Origin: Bacteroidales bacterium
Lineage (GTDB): Bacteria; Bacteroidota; Bacteroidia; Bacteroidales; F082
Assembly: GCA_019454985.1 (NCBI GenBank)
Contig: JACFNF010000009.1
Location: 31,692-95,691, forward strand
Length of the DNA: 64,000 bases
Direction of reading: 5' to 3'
This document shows, in pieces, positions 9,631 through 18,368 of the stretch. A model generated the notes under the pieces. The model was not told the DNA's origin. It was given only the letters and a program-made list of their open reading frames with translations, and did not search any database. The position numbers and the translations under genes were made by a program. Each line of letters opens with the position of its first letter. The stretch's first letter is position 1.

Positions 9631-9996
9631 CTACACCAGCGCGGGTGGTCCGCGCAGGACGGGAGTTGTAAGCGAAATGGCCGGACTAAGGAAAGCGGTT
9701 GGCCCCGAAAACAAATAGCTCCAAAACCAAAGACCCGGCCGGTAGGTGTTTTCGCAATGGACGATGGTCTCGGAAAACGAAAAAGTATAGGATTTATCGC
9801 TGTCCTTTCCTGCTTTCCAGAAACAGATTGTGCCATCGCTCTTGGAGGCCGGCTTAGTGAAAGGGCTGTGATTTCCGTAAAATTTAACTCCAAAAATACG
9901 TTCCTGATGAATGGCTATCAGCTCACCAATCACCATCCAGAAGATGGCGAATGCCATCAGCAATTTGATGGAACGTGAAGCAGAAAGGCGAAACAT
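9631..9996 (-). CDS. hypothetical small membrane-anchored protein (uncertain)
   Basis: 121 aa with one N-terminal TM segment (IKLLMAFAIFWMVIGELIAI). It has its own TATTTTTG -7 box 29 nt upstream, and a GC-rich hairpin overlaps its stop codon. I recognise no family, and the region is unusually GC-rich. Confidence 0.4.
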   Translation of the reverse strand: MFRLSASRSIKLLMAFAIFWMVIGELIAIHQERIFGVKFYGNHSPFTKPASKSDGTICFWKAGKDSDKSYTFSFSETIVHCENTYRPGLWFWSYLFSGPTAFLSPAISLTTPVLRGPPALV

Positions 9997-10025
9997 ACGA
10001 AGCCGTAAATTTTGGGTTTCAGCGG

Positions 10026-10033
10026 CAAAAATA
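10026..10033 (-). promoter_or_regulatory. -7 promoter box (TAnnTTTG) for the 9631..9996 small ORF
   Basis: Minus-strand TATTTTTG, 29 nt upstream of the ATG at 9996. Confidence 0.35.
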
Positions 10034-10094
10034 GCGGAAATCGCCTTTCCACAGCTTCGACAAATCCCAAAAAACTTTAAAAAACATCTCGAAA

Positions 10095-10131
10095 CAAAAA
10101 AAACATCGCCTTATAAGACGATGTTTTTTCT
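10095..10131 (-). terminator. intrinsic terminator downstream of fldA (palindromic, usable on both strands)
   Basis: The stem AACATCG (10102-10108) / CGATGTT (10119-10125) is flanked by an A-run and a T-run. Confidence 0.6.
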
Positions 10132-10148
10132 GATAATGTAAAAAAGTA

Positions 10149-10649
10149 TTAGTTAAATTCCTTCTTCAATTGCGTTGTCCATTGTTTGATGCGGTCAGCC
10201 GAAAGTGCGTCTTCGTTATGCGGATCGAGCGGTAAACCGACAAACTGTCCATCTTTTTCGGCCAGACTGAAATAGAACTTATAGCCTTCGGTAGGCCAAA
10301 AACCCACCACACAATTTTTGTCGGGCAGGCGGCAATAGAGCGTTCCCATTCCATCCACAAAACTTTCGGGATATTCGGCTTGGTCGCCCACACCAAATAA
10401 GGCTACTTTTTTGCCGGCAAAATCAATCTCGGCCAACTCGTCAACAAAACGTTCCCAGTCGTCCTGCATATCGCCAATGCCCCAGGCACTGGTTCCGAAG
10501 ACAAGATTCGGGTAAGACGCTATCATCTCGGGTGTAGCTTCTTCAATATCATGCAACTCGGAACCTTTACCCAAAGCTTTGGCAATGGCTTCGGCAGCCT
10601 GTTTTGTGCTTCCTCCCGTTGAACCGTAGAAAATTCCAACTTTTTCCAT
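10149..10649 (-). CDS. fldA: long-chain flavodoxin
   Basis: 166 aa. Has the FMN-loop start MEKVGIFYGSTGGSTKQAAEAIA, then W..G....DW and the typical long-chain insertion. Confidence 0.9.
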   Translation of the reverse strand: MEKVGIFYGSTGGSTKQAAEAIAKALGKGSELHDIEEATPEMIASYPNLVFGTSAWGIGDMQDDWERFVDELAEIDFAGKKVALFGVGDQAEYPESFVDGMGTLYCRLPDKNCVVGFWPTEGYKFYFSLAEKDGQFVGLPLDPHNEDALSADRIKQWTTQLKKEFN

Positions 10650-10684
10650 TTGTTTGCTTATTTAAACTAATTCTAAATTGCCGG

Positions 10685-10692
10685 CAAAAATA
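10685..10692 (-). promoter_or_regulatory. -7 promoter box (TAnnTTTG) for fldA
   Basis: Minus-strand TATTTTTG, 35 nt upstream of the fldA ATG (10649). Confidence 0.4.
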
Positions 10693-10750
10693 CACATTTT
10701 CATTCACTACGGTTATCGCAGCCCGAAAATTGCCTCTCCGTCGGCAGGGC

Positions 10751-10951
10751 TTAGTCGCCCTCTTCGAGAATAAACAGCGTTTCGACTGCTTTGTTGAATA
10801 CCCTTGCAATTTTTATGGCCAGCACGGCCGAAGGAACCCATCGCCCGGCCTCAATGGCTATGATGGTTTGACGGCTCACCGATACCTTTTGAGCCAGTTC
10901 GTCCTGAGTCATGCCAAGCGCTGCCCGCTCCACTTTCAATTTAGTTTTCAT
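10751..10951 (-). CDS. small XRE-family helix-turn-helix transcriptional regulator
   Basis: Start taken at MKTKLKVERAALGMTQDELAQKVSVSRQTIIAIEAGRW (66 aa), a Cro/C1 HTH. It overlaps the stop of the upstream membrane protein gene by 11 nt. Confidence 0.8.
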   Translation of the reverse strand: MKTKLKVERAALGMTQDELAQKVSVSRQTIIAIEAGRWVPSAVLAIKIARVFNKAVETLFILEEGD

Positions 10952-11414
10952 CGCCAACCTGATTACGATTTTTGAAAAGCACATAATGAAAACGGGCAAT
11001 AAAAAGGATCAAAATGGTAAACATATTGTAAACCATCACCTGCAGAAATGCTAACCCATAAAAAAACATGAAAGCAAAAACCAACAGAACGCTATTGACA
11101 AAAACTGCCCAAAGCAACGATGAGAGTCTCATGCCTGCAATGAATTCATCTTCAGTCCTTTCTTTTGAATAGGCTACCAAGAGAGCACCGATTATGAAGA
11201 AAATCCCAAGAAGTGTATTGGATAGATTAGCCTCAACAATGGTAAAATACCCTGTTTCGGAAAGAAATTGATCGTTTAAAAAAGCAAATAATTTAGTGTT
11301 GATGACAAGAAACGAAGGCTCAAAAATGAGATGAATGAGCCCCAAAATGGCCGATGGAACCAATAGGGTCCATCCGACGGATTTGAATTTGTGGGGTAAT
11401 AAGAAAGTTTTCAT
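10941..11414 (-). CDS. hypothetical integral membrane protein (4 TM), partner of the small XRE regulator
   Basis: 157 aa, four hydrophobic segments. The membrane protein + 66-aa HTH pairing is a common two-gene module. Family not identified by eye. Confidence 0.5.
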   Translation of the reverse strand: MKTFLLPHKFKSVGWTLLVPSAILGLIHLIFEPSFLVINTKLFAFLNDQFLSETGYFTIVEANLSNTLLGIFFIIGALLVAYSKERTEDEFIAGMRLSSLLWAVFVNSVLLVFAFMFFYGLAFLQVMVYNMFTILILFIARFHYVLFKNRNQVGDEN

Positions 11415-11551
11415 GGAGACAATTGTTTAAAATTTGTGCTGCAAATGTAATGTTTTATTTACATTTTGTCAAGTTTATTTTACTTTAATAAATTGACCAC
11501 AACAACACCAAAAAACAGAAGAAATGAGGATGACTTACACACCGATCACAT

Positions 11552-12163
11552 TCAGAATACGTTCACCTCGCCCGATTCGATAATTTTGTTCAGGATGGCA
11601 TACACTGTTAAGCCCGACACAGTTTTAATGCCCAGCTTCCGGGTGATATTTTTGCGGTGTGTCATCACCGTAAATGTGCTGATAAACAGGCGTTCGGCAA
11701 TCTCATTATTGGTCAGCCCTAAAGCAACAAACCTCAGCACTTCGCGTTCGCGTTCGCTCAGGTTTTCGGTTTCACTTTCGTTTGACAAAAGGCCGGCCTT
11801 TTTCAAAATATTCTGTAAAGAGCTTATTATCTGTTGTTTATTCTCTTCAATGCACAAAACCTCATCATAGCGTGCCATTTCGAAAAGGGTAACTTTTTCG
11901 TTATACATTCCCACCAACAACACTTCATCGAAAACGGCTGCACTTCGATTCCCTGCCCATTTCGTTTCGAGAGCGCGATGATTAGCAAACACAATCCTCG
12001 GGGTAAACTTTTCGAGTGTCAATACTAAATTCTCTTTTACCTCGTCAACTTCGTCAATGCGAAACGACAGGTTGAGCCGTCCAAGCGCACTGCGAAGTCC
12101 CTCCTTTATAATATAGGAAGGTTCGATGAGCAGAATTTTCACGGCTTCAATCATGGCGACCAT
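11552..12163 (-). CDS. LuxR/FixJ-type transcriptional regulator with degenerate (pseudo-)receiver domain
   Basis: 203 aa. The C-terminal HTH is SEREREVLRFVALGLTNNEIAERLFISTFTVMTHRKNITRKLGI. The N-terminal receiver-like fold starts KILLIEPS, but the expected phospho-acceptor position reads RIVFANH with no Asp. Confidence 0.75.
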   Translation of the reverse strand: MVAMIEAVKILLIEPSYIIKEGLRSALGRLNLSFRIDEVDEVKENLVLTLEKFTPRIVFANHRALETKWAGNRSAAVFDEVLLVGMYNEKVTLFEMARYDEVLCIEENKQQIISSLQNILKKAGLLSNESETENLSEREREVLRFVALGLTNNEIAERLFISTFTVMTHRKNITRKLGIKTVSGLTVYAILNKIIESGEVNVF

Positions 12164-12893
12164 TTCGTGTTAGTGCAAAAAACTCTTTTTCCATCCGCTC
12201 CACAATCGGAACTAAAATCATATTCTCGATATGCGAGTGGTTATGCAGGTCGTCTTCCAGCTCAAAAAGCTCATGCAAAATCAGGTTCAGGATACGGCTA
12301 TCTTTGGGTCGGGGAATATATTTGATGATAATATTCTTCAAATCAAACAGTTTAGACTCCACATCGTCATGTTCATTTTCATATTCCTGAATGGAATAAT
12401 GCATCAGGCTTTCTACCAATTCCTTCTCACCCTGTCCTGTTTCAAGATAATGCGCCAAAGCCAGGACATACGGGTAAACCCGATCTTCCTCGCGTTTGAT
12501 ATGCTGGGTAAGTTCAAAGACGTATTGATGAAAAAAGTCGCGTATCAGTCTTTTTACGGCTTCGTCCCAACTCTCATCAGTGGTCAACCGGGTGATATAC
12601 TGCTCGATTTCAGGGATTCGAAACTCCAGATAGTAGGCATGTGTTTGCTGCAAATAGCGGATTAAAAGTGCTGCATCGAAACGAAGCATGGCATCCACTG
12701 GGAAATAGGATGGATCGTGAAAGGTATTCACAATCTCGAGAAAAAAAGGCAGCGGCAGCTCATGCTCGGCACACAACTGTTTCACGGTCTTTTCGCCATA
12801 TCCCAACTGAATGCCAAAACGATTGATCACATGCAACAAATGATGATTCAGATGAATCACCTCAGCCATTTTCATTTCCTCGTTGATCAGCAT
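12147..12893 (-). CDS. hemerythrin (HHE cation-binding) domain protein, RIC/ScdA-like architecture
   Basis: Start taken at MLINEEMKMAEV (12893). The track ORF starts at 12947 and would overlap the upstream glycosyltransferase gene. The N-terminal small domain (VINRFGIQLGYGEKTVKQLCAEHELPLPFFLEIVN) is followed by H/E-rich helices (HIKREEDRVYPYV, YENEHDDVE, LHNHSHIENMILVP). A 17-nt overlap links it to the LuxR gene. Confidence 0.6.
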   Translation of the reverse strand: MLINEEMKMAEVIHLNHHLLHVINRFGIQLGYGEKTVKQLCAEHELPLPFFLEIVNTFHDPSYFPVDAMLRFDAALLIRYLQQTHAYYLEFRIPEIEQYITRLTTDESWDEAVKRLIRDFFHQYVFELTQHIKREEDRVYPYVLALAHYLETGQGEKELVESLMHYSIQEYENEHDDVESKLFDLKNIIIKYIPRPKDSRILNLILHELFELEDDLHNHSHIENMILVPIVERMEKEFFALTRNGRHD

Positions 12894-12928
12894 AGGGCTT
12901 GTTTTAATGAACGACAAAGATAAAGAAA

Positions 12929-14011
12929 CTAAAGTGTGGCAAGCCATTCCGATAGGTGCGACAACAGCAATTGGTCGTTCCCGGCCTCAGTCATTCCAAA
13001 GGGCGGCAGGTGACAATCCGTTGGGAGTTGGTCGAGCTGATGCTGCAAAACTTTTCTGAAACCACCTTTTTGATGATGAAAATCAGCAAGATATTCTTGT
13101 TCAGGCTGAGCCGGAGTAGGCACTAAAAACGCATAACGTCTCATGGTCCACAAATCCATCAAGGTAGAATAGCCCGCACGGGCAATGATATTTCGTGCGT
13201 TATGTATCAGCTCCGCCAATTGCGCATCATCTAAATGGTTGTACATGACAATATTGGGCGAATGTTCGGGCAATTCGGCACCCAACGGCAAAGCACGGAG
13301 TATCACTACCCGATCATTTTTTCCGCAAAAACGATGCAATATCGCATTTTCAAAAATGGTGCGATGTGGTTCGGGACCCGAAAGCATCACTAAAAAGTCG
13401 GGAGACGTTGGCTTGTGTATTGTTTCACAAGGTTTCAGCCGACTCAGGGGTCCGATATAATGTAGAGGAATACCAGGCAAATGGCATTGCGACAATGCCC
13501 CCGCAAGGGAATGTTGTCCCTGAAAGTCGGGAACCCAACAATCGTGGTAACGACCAATAAAATAACGGTTCAATGCATTGGCCAAAGGTTCTGCCCAGCG
13601 AAAAGGCCTCCCCAGCCGAAGATTGAGCTGATGGATGAGGAAAACCGACGGCACTTTCAGGCTGTATGCCCCAAAACGGTTGTCGGAGATCACCGCATCG
13701 GCTTTCTGTTCGCGGATTAATCGCTCAATCACCCGTTGATCGCTATAAGCTTGTTTCAGGATGGCGGGTAGTTGTCGGGCAATAGCCCAAGGCACTGATT
13801 TGCTTTTTGAATAAGTGACGACCATGCCCGGAAAGCGTGTCCACCCAAGTTCGGGAAAACGTTGGCGAAGCAAGTGCAAAGGCGCTCCATCGGCAGCAAT
13901 AACAGGCTGCTGCCCCAGCTGCAATAGCCCTTCGATGAGCGGAATGCAGCGTGTGGCATGCCCAATTCCCCAGTCGAGAGGGGCAATAAGGATACGTTTA
14001 GGCTCCGGCAA
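12929..14011 (-). CDS. GT-B fold glycosyltransferase (MurG/UDP-glycosyltransferase-like, family 28 C-terminal type)
   Basis: 360 aa. Has the N-terminal ILIAPLDWGIGHATRCIPLIEGL Gly-rich loop and the C-terminal ARAGYSTLMDL...VPTPAQPEQ motif typical of this GT family. Confidence 0.6.
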   Translation of the reverse strand: MPEPKRILIAPLDWGIGHATRCIPLIEGLLQLGQQPVIAADGAPLHLLRQRFPELGWTRFPGMVVTYSKSKSVPWAIARQLPAILKQAYSDQRVIERLIREQKADAVISDNRFGAYSLKVPSVFLIHQLNLRLGRPFRWAEPLANALNRYFIGRYHDCWVPDFQGQHSLAGALSQCHLPGIPLHYIGPLSRLKPCETIHKPTSPDFLVMLSGPEPHRTIFENAILHRFCGKNDRVVILRALPLGAELPEHSPNIVMYNHLDDAQLAELIHNARNIIARAGYSTLMDLWTMRRYAFLVPTPAQPEQEYLADFHHQKGGFRKVLQHQLDQLPTDCHLPPFGMTEAGNDQLLLSHLSEWLATL

Positions 14012-14047
14012 ATTTGCACTTTTTGAACAAAATTAACATAATTCCAC

Positions 14048-14055
14048 TAATTTTG
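14048..14055 (+). promoter_or_regulatory. -7 promoter box (TAnnTTTG) for dprA
   Basis: TAATTTTG, only 6 nt before the ATG at 14062. This supports that start and implies a (near-)leaderless mRNA. Confidence 0.4.
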
Positions 14056-14061
14056 GCGGCC

Positions 14062-15156
14062 ATGTCGGAACAACTTCTGTATCAAATCGGACTTACCCTC
14101 ATCCCGGGCGTGGGCGACGTACTGGGCAAAAAGCTCGTGGCTTATTGCGGCGGGCCCGAGGCAGTGTTTAGCGAAAAAAAACGCGCCTTAGAGAAAATAC
14201 CTGGCATCGGAGCCGCCATCATCCACGAAATCATGCATCAAAATGTACTGGGTCGTGCTGAAGAAGAGATGGATTTTATCACGAAGAAAGGTATTCAACC
14301 ACTTTTTTTTCTCGACAAGAAATACCCGAAGCGACTTCAACATTGTGCCGACAGCCCGCTGATGCTCTACTATTATGGCAATGCCGACCTGAACCTGCAA
14401 AAGGTGATTGGCATTGTCGGAACCCGCAAAGCCACCGAATATGGCAAACACTGGTGCGAGCAGTTTATCGAAGACCTTTCATCTGACGAAGTGTTAATTG
14501 TCAGCGGATTAGCTTATGGCATTGACAGTTGTGCACACCGCGCTTCGTTGAAATACCACTTGCCAACTATTGGTGTTTTAGCTCACGGCCTCGACCGTAT
14601 TTATCCGTTGTCCAACCGTAGCATGGCCGAGCGGATGATCAGCCAGGGCGGCCTCCTCACCGAGTTTATGGCAGGGACTAATCCCGATCGCGAGAATTTT
14701 CCCCGTCGCAACCGCATCGTTGCCGGAATGGTGGATGCCGTTGTGGTAGTGGAATCTGCAAAAAAAGGAGGAGCGCTCATCACCGCCAATATTGCAAGTT
14801 CCTACAACAGGGATGTGTTTGCCGTACCCGGTCGCGTAGGCGACTTCACCAGTGAAGGATGCAACTATCTGATACGTACCAACAAAGCCGATATGATCGA
14901 AAATGCTGAAAACCTTCGCTATATGCTTGGTTGGGACATCCGCAAACCAAGCTCGCCACAAACACGCCTGTTTCGCGATTTTAGTGAAGACGAACAAAAA
15001 ATCCTCGATGCTTTTGGAGATAATAAAGAATCCGGCATTGACGATATCATGCTTAAAAGCGCTTTTCCGGCCTCCAAATTGGCAGGTCTTCTCTTAGGTC
15101 TGGAGTTTGATGGGGTGCTGGTGGCTCTTCCGGGCAAACGATACAAAATAGCCTGA
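14062..15156 (+). CDS. dprA: DNA-processing protein DprA
   Basis: Start at MSEQLLYQIGLTLIPGVG (a -7 box lies 6 nt upstream; the track ORF starts at 14014). Has a SAM-like N-terminus, a Rossmann core (IVGTRKATEYG, SGLAYGIDSCAHRASL, VLAHGLDRIYP, RNRIVAGM, VVVESAKKGGALITA) and a winged-helix C-terminus. Confidence 0.9.
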   Translation: MSEQLLYQIGLTLIPGVGDVLGKKLVAYCGGPEAVFSEKKRALEKIPGIGAAIIHEIMHQNVLGRAEEEMDFITKKGIQPLFFLDKKYPKRLQHCADSPLMLYYYGNADLNLQKVIGIVGTRKATEYGKHWCEQFIEDLSSDEVLIVSGLAYGIDSCAHRASLKYHLPTIGVLAHGLDRIYPLSNRSMAERMISQGGLLTEFMAGTNPDRENFPRRNRIVAGMVDAVVVVESAKKGGALITANIASSYNRDVFAVPGRVGDFTSEGCNYLIRTNKADMIENAENLRYMLGWDIRKPSSPQTRLFRDFSEDEQKILDAFGDNKESGIDDIMLKSAFPASKLAGLLLGLEFDGVLVALPGKRYKIA

Positions 15157-15261
15157 AAAGTATTGTTGTTTTTTACCATCTCCAACACTGATAGAATTTT
15201 TCCTTTCAACGCCTGTTCAGCTGTCTTTTCTGTTGAAAAATCACGTATTGCCGAGTTTTCT

Positions 15262-15269
15262 TAATTTTG
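15262..15269 (+). promoter_or_regulatory. -7 promoter box (TAnnTTTG) for the CCA/HD nucleotidyltransferase gene
   Basis: TAATTTTG, 4 nt before the ATG at 15274 (a near-leaderless arrangement). Confidence 0.4.
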
Positions 15270-15273
15270 TGGC

Positions 15274-16701
15274 ATGATCGAGGAATTGCAGAAGTACATT
15301 TCAGAGAGTCTTTTTCAAGCTGTAGCAGAAGTATCACGCAGGCGCGGCGAAGCCGTATATCTAATTGGCGGCAACGTTCGCGACATCATCCTAGGGCGCC
15401 TATCAAAAGACACTGATTTTGTGGTGATTGGGAACGGCATTGATTTTGCACACGATGTAGCAGCAGCGCTCGGCAGTCAAAAAAACGCCCGTTTTTATGG
15501 TCAGTTCGGAACGGCTATGATTCGCTACAAAGATCATGCAGTGGAGTTTGTAGGCGCCCGAAAAGAATCTTATCAGCATTTAAGCCGCAAGCCCGAAGTA
15601 AGCCCGGGAACCTTATCCGACGATCAGCGCCGTCGCGATTTTACCATCAACTCTTTAGCTGTCAGCCTCAATGAGCATGATTTCGGACAATTGATTGATC
15701 CGTTTAACGGTTTAAAAGACATCGAGCAAAAAATTATCCGTACGCCTTTAGATCCCGACATCACCTATTCCGACGACCCTTTGCGCATGATGCGTGCCAT
15801 CCGTTTTGCCACTCAGCTCGGATTCAGCATCCACCCCGGGTCGCTGCAAGCCATTAACAGAAACAAAAACCGCATCCGCATCATCTCTATTGAGCGTATC
15901 ACCGATGAACTCAACAAGATCATGCTGGCCTCCAAACCATCGGAAGGTTTTCTGTTGTTGTCAAAAACAGGACTTCTGCCCATCATCTTTCCACAGCTTG
16001 CAGCATTGCAGGGTGTTGAGACGATCAACGGAAAAAGTCATAAAGACAACTTTTTGCACACTTTAGAAGTTTTGGACAACCTAAGCCGACACACTGACAA
16101 TCTTTGGCTGCGCTGGGCAGCTTTACTGCACGACATTGCCAAACCACCGACTAAAAAATTCGATCCACAGACCGGTTGGACATTTCACGGTCATGAGATG
16201 CGAGGAGTCAAAATGTCGGCATCTATTTTCAAAGAATTGAAACTTCCTTTGAATGAACCGCTTAAGTTTGTTCAGAAAATGGTTCTGCTCCATCTTCGAC
16301 CCATCGTTCTGGCTCAGGAAGAAGTGACCGATTCGGCGGTAAGAAGGTTGCTTTTTGATGCGGGTGACGATATTGACTCACTCATGATGCTTTGCGAGGC
16401 CGATATTACCACAAAAAACGAGTATAAGATTAAAAAATACCGCGACAATTTTCAACTTGTACGCGAGAAGCTCCGTGAGATTGAAGTAAAAGACAGGCTC
16501 CGCAACTGGCAACCTCCCGTTGATGGTCAGATGATTATGGATGCTTTTGGGCTGAAACCGGGAAAAGAGGTCGGTCTCATCAAAACAGCCATTCGCGAAG
16601 CCATTCTCGACGGCATCATTGGAAACAACTTCGAAGAAGCCTATGCTTTCATGAAGGCTGAAGGCGAGCGACTGAATTTGACCTATCGCGAAAACCATTA
16701 A
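15274..16701 (+). CDS. tRNA nucleotidyltransferase (CCA-adding)/poly(A) polymerase-family protein with HD domain
   Basis: 475 aa. Has the head motif VYLIGGNVRDIILGR..KDTDFVV and RRRDFTINSLA, then the HD region LLHDIAKP. Confidence 0.85.
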   Translation: MIEELQKYISESLFQAVAEVSRRRGEAVYLIGGNVRDIILGRLSKDTDFVVIGNGIDFAHDVAAALGSQKNARFYGQFGTAMIRYKDHAVEFVGARKESYQHLSRKPEVSPGTLSDDQRRRDFTINSLAVSLNEHDFGQLIDPFNGLKDIEQKIIRTPLDPDITYSDDPLRMMRAIRFATQLGFSIHPGSLQAINRNKNRIRIISIERITDELNKIMLASKPSEGFLLLSKTGLLPIIFPQLAALQGVETINGKSHKDNFLHTLEVLDNLSRHTDNLWLRWAALLHDIAKPPTKKFDPQTGWTFHGHEMRGVKMSASIFKELKLPLNEPLKFVQKMVLLHLRPIVLAQEEVTDSAVRRLLFDAGDDIDSLMMLCEADITTKNEYKIKKYRDNFQLVREKLREIEVKDRLRNWQPPVDGQMIMDAFGLKPGKEVGLIKTAIREAILDGIIGNNFEEAYAFMKAEGERLNLTYRENH

Positions 16702-16750
16702 GTCCAACAAAACTTCAATCAAACCGTTCCTCAGACCCAGGCAGCGAACT

Positions 16751-17671
16751 ATGGCATCACCACAAAACTTCCTGATTGTTTTGGCCGGTCCTACCGCCGT
16801 AGGGAAAACCTCTACAGCCATCGCACTGGCAAAAAGGTTGCAAACCGAAATTGTTTCATGCGACAGCCGTCAGTTCTACCGTGAAATGACCATTGGTACT
16901 GCAGTGCCTTCAGCTGAGGAGCTCAAAGCTGTGCCCCATCATTTCATTCAACACAAAAGCATCACCGCTCGTTACGATGTGGCAACCTACGTAGCAGATG
17001 CACTTCAACTGCTTGATTCTCTTTTTCATCAATCTCATTTTGTGGTATTGACAGGCGGTTCGGGTCTGTTTCTCGATGCCGTTTGTCACGGGTTAGATGA
17101 ACTACCTGAAACGACCGAAGAGATCCGACGGCAGGTTCAGGAAATCTTCCTCACTGAGGGTTTGTCGGGTCTGCAGAGCAGAGTGGCTACCTGCGACCCG
17201 AACTATTATGCCCAGGCCGACATTCAAAATCCACGAAGGCTGCAACGTGCTTTAGAGGTATATCTTGCCACAGGGCAGTCCTTCTCTTCTTTTCGGCAGG
17301 GAAATCGAGTTCATCGAAATTTTCAGTGCATCAAAATCGCGCTGCATCGCGACCGCAAAGAGCTCATCCAACGCATTGACGAACGTGTGAATCAAATGAT
17401 GCAACAGGGTTTACTCAATGAAGCAAGCAGACTTTACGGCCAACGACACTGCAATGCATTGAATACCGTGGGTTACAAAGAGCTTTTTGAGTATATGGAT
17501 GGGAAATTGAGCTTAGGTGAAGCCATTGAAAAAATAAAAATCAATACCCGCCAATATGCTAAAAGACAGATGACCTGGTTTCGCAAGGATAAATCTTATT
17601 GTTGGTTTGACCCACACGATATTGAAGGTATGATGTCATATATTAGGCAAATGGCAAACGAAAGGAAATAA
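16751..17671 (+). CDS. miaA: tRNA dimethylallyltransferase
   Basis: 306 aa. Has the P-loop LAGPTAVGKTSTAI, SCDSRQFYREMTIGTA and VPHH motifs, and the C-terminal RQYAKRQMTWFR. Confidence 0.92.
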   Translation: MASPQNFLIVLAGPTAVGKTSTAIALAKRLQTEIVSCDSRQFYREMTIGTAVPSAEELKAVPHHFIQHKSITARYDVATYVADALQLLDSLFHQSHFVVLTGGSGLFLDAVCHGLDELPETTEEIRRQVQEIFLTEGLSGLQSRVATCDPNYYAQADIQNPRRLQRALEVYLATGQSFSSFRQGNRVHRNFQCIKIALHRDRKELIQRIDERVNQMMQQGLLNEASRLYGQRHCNALNTVGYKELFEYMDGKLSLGEAIEKIKINTRQYAKRQMTWFRKDKSYCWFDPHDIEGMMSYIRQMANERK

Positions 17672-17697
17672 AAAAAGGGGTTTGCAGTCCCTTTTTT
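17671..17697. terminator. bidirectional intrinsic terminator between convergent miaA and tpx
   Basis: AAAAAAGGG-gtttgcagt-CCCTTTTTT forms an A/T-extended GC stem between the two stop codons. Confidence 0.6.
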
Positions 17698-17712
17698 TAT
17701 TTCAACCTTTTG

Positions 17713-18210
17713 TTAGATGGCAGCCAAAGCGGCGGCATAGTTGGGTTCGTTGAGGATCTCGGGCACCTGTTCGGTATATTTCACCACACCATTTTCGTCC
17801 AACACCACAACGGCGCGTGAGTGAAGACAAGTGAGCGGCCCTTCGATAATGACGACACCATAAGCCTTTCCGAAACTGTTATCACGGAAATCGCTGGTTG
17901 TCACCACATTATCTAATCCCTCGGTTGTACAAAAACGTTTGTGGGCAAAAGGAAGATCACGCGAAACGCATACTACAACCGTATTGTCTAATTTCGATGC
18001 CTCGGCATTAAAACGCCTGACTGAAGCTGCGCATACATCGGTATCGAGGCTCGGGAAAATATTCAGCACCACCTTTTTACCTTTGAGATCGTCTAAAGTC
18101 AAACTGCTTAGATCGCTTTTAATAAGTTTAAAATCAGGAGCTTTACTCCCTTTTTCGGGAAGGCTGCCACTTGTTTGGATGGCGTTGCCATGAAGAGTAA
18201 TTGTTGCCAT
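17713..18210 (-). CDS. tpx: thiol peroxidase (atypical 2-Cys peroxiredoxin, Tpx type)
   Basis: 165 aa. Has the peroxidatic-Cys context PSLDTDVCA and the resolving-Cys context FCTTEG. Confidence 0.9.
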   Translation of the reverse strand: MATITLHGNAIQTSGSLPEKGSKAPDFKLIKSDLSSLTLDDLKGKKVVLNIFPSLDTDVCAASVRRFNAEASKLDNTVVVCVSRDLPFAHKRFCTTEGLDNVVTTSDFRDNSFGKAYGVVIIEGPLTCLHSRAVVVLDENGVVKYTEQVPEILNEPNYAAALAAI

Positions 18211-18303
18211 AAAATAAAATTAAGTTTAAGAATTAAACAAAGGCAGAGCCGAATGGTTCAAACCGGAAACAATTTTAGGAGAAAAATTTGTCGATTAAGC
18301 AAA

Positions 18304-18343
18304 TCAAAAAAGAGAGGCCGTCAGTAAACAAAACGGCCTCTCT
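18304..18343 (-). terminator. intrinsic terminator of the 18369..20768 TonB-dependent receptor gene
   Basis: A 10-bp stem AGAGAGGCCG (18311-20) / CGGCCTCTCT (18334-43). On the minus strand it is followed by a U-run (plus-strand A6 at 18305-10). Confidence 0.75.
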
Positions 18344-18368
18344 TTTCGGTTTTGACTTTAACAGCCCG

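Noticed and set aside
9576-9996. A possible second cobalamin riboswitch, or another known structured RNA (RNase P-like GGAAAG/CCGG strings), in the GC-rich region upstream of the heme operon.
   Set aside because: Read on the minus strand, it lacks the GCCACTG element, the B12 box and the GGTG..AA..CC core. The RNase P-like strings do not match the CR-I/CR-IV consensus. It is kept only as an unexplained GC-rich unit.
14014-14061. The upstream start of dprA given by the ORF track (MHFLNKINIIPLILAA...).
   Set aside because: A TAATTTTG promoter box lies inside this extension, 6 nt before the second Met. The conserved DprA N-terminus begins at MSEQLLYQIGL.
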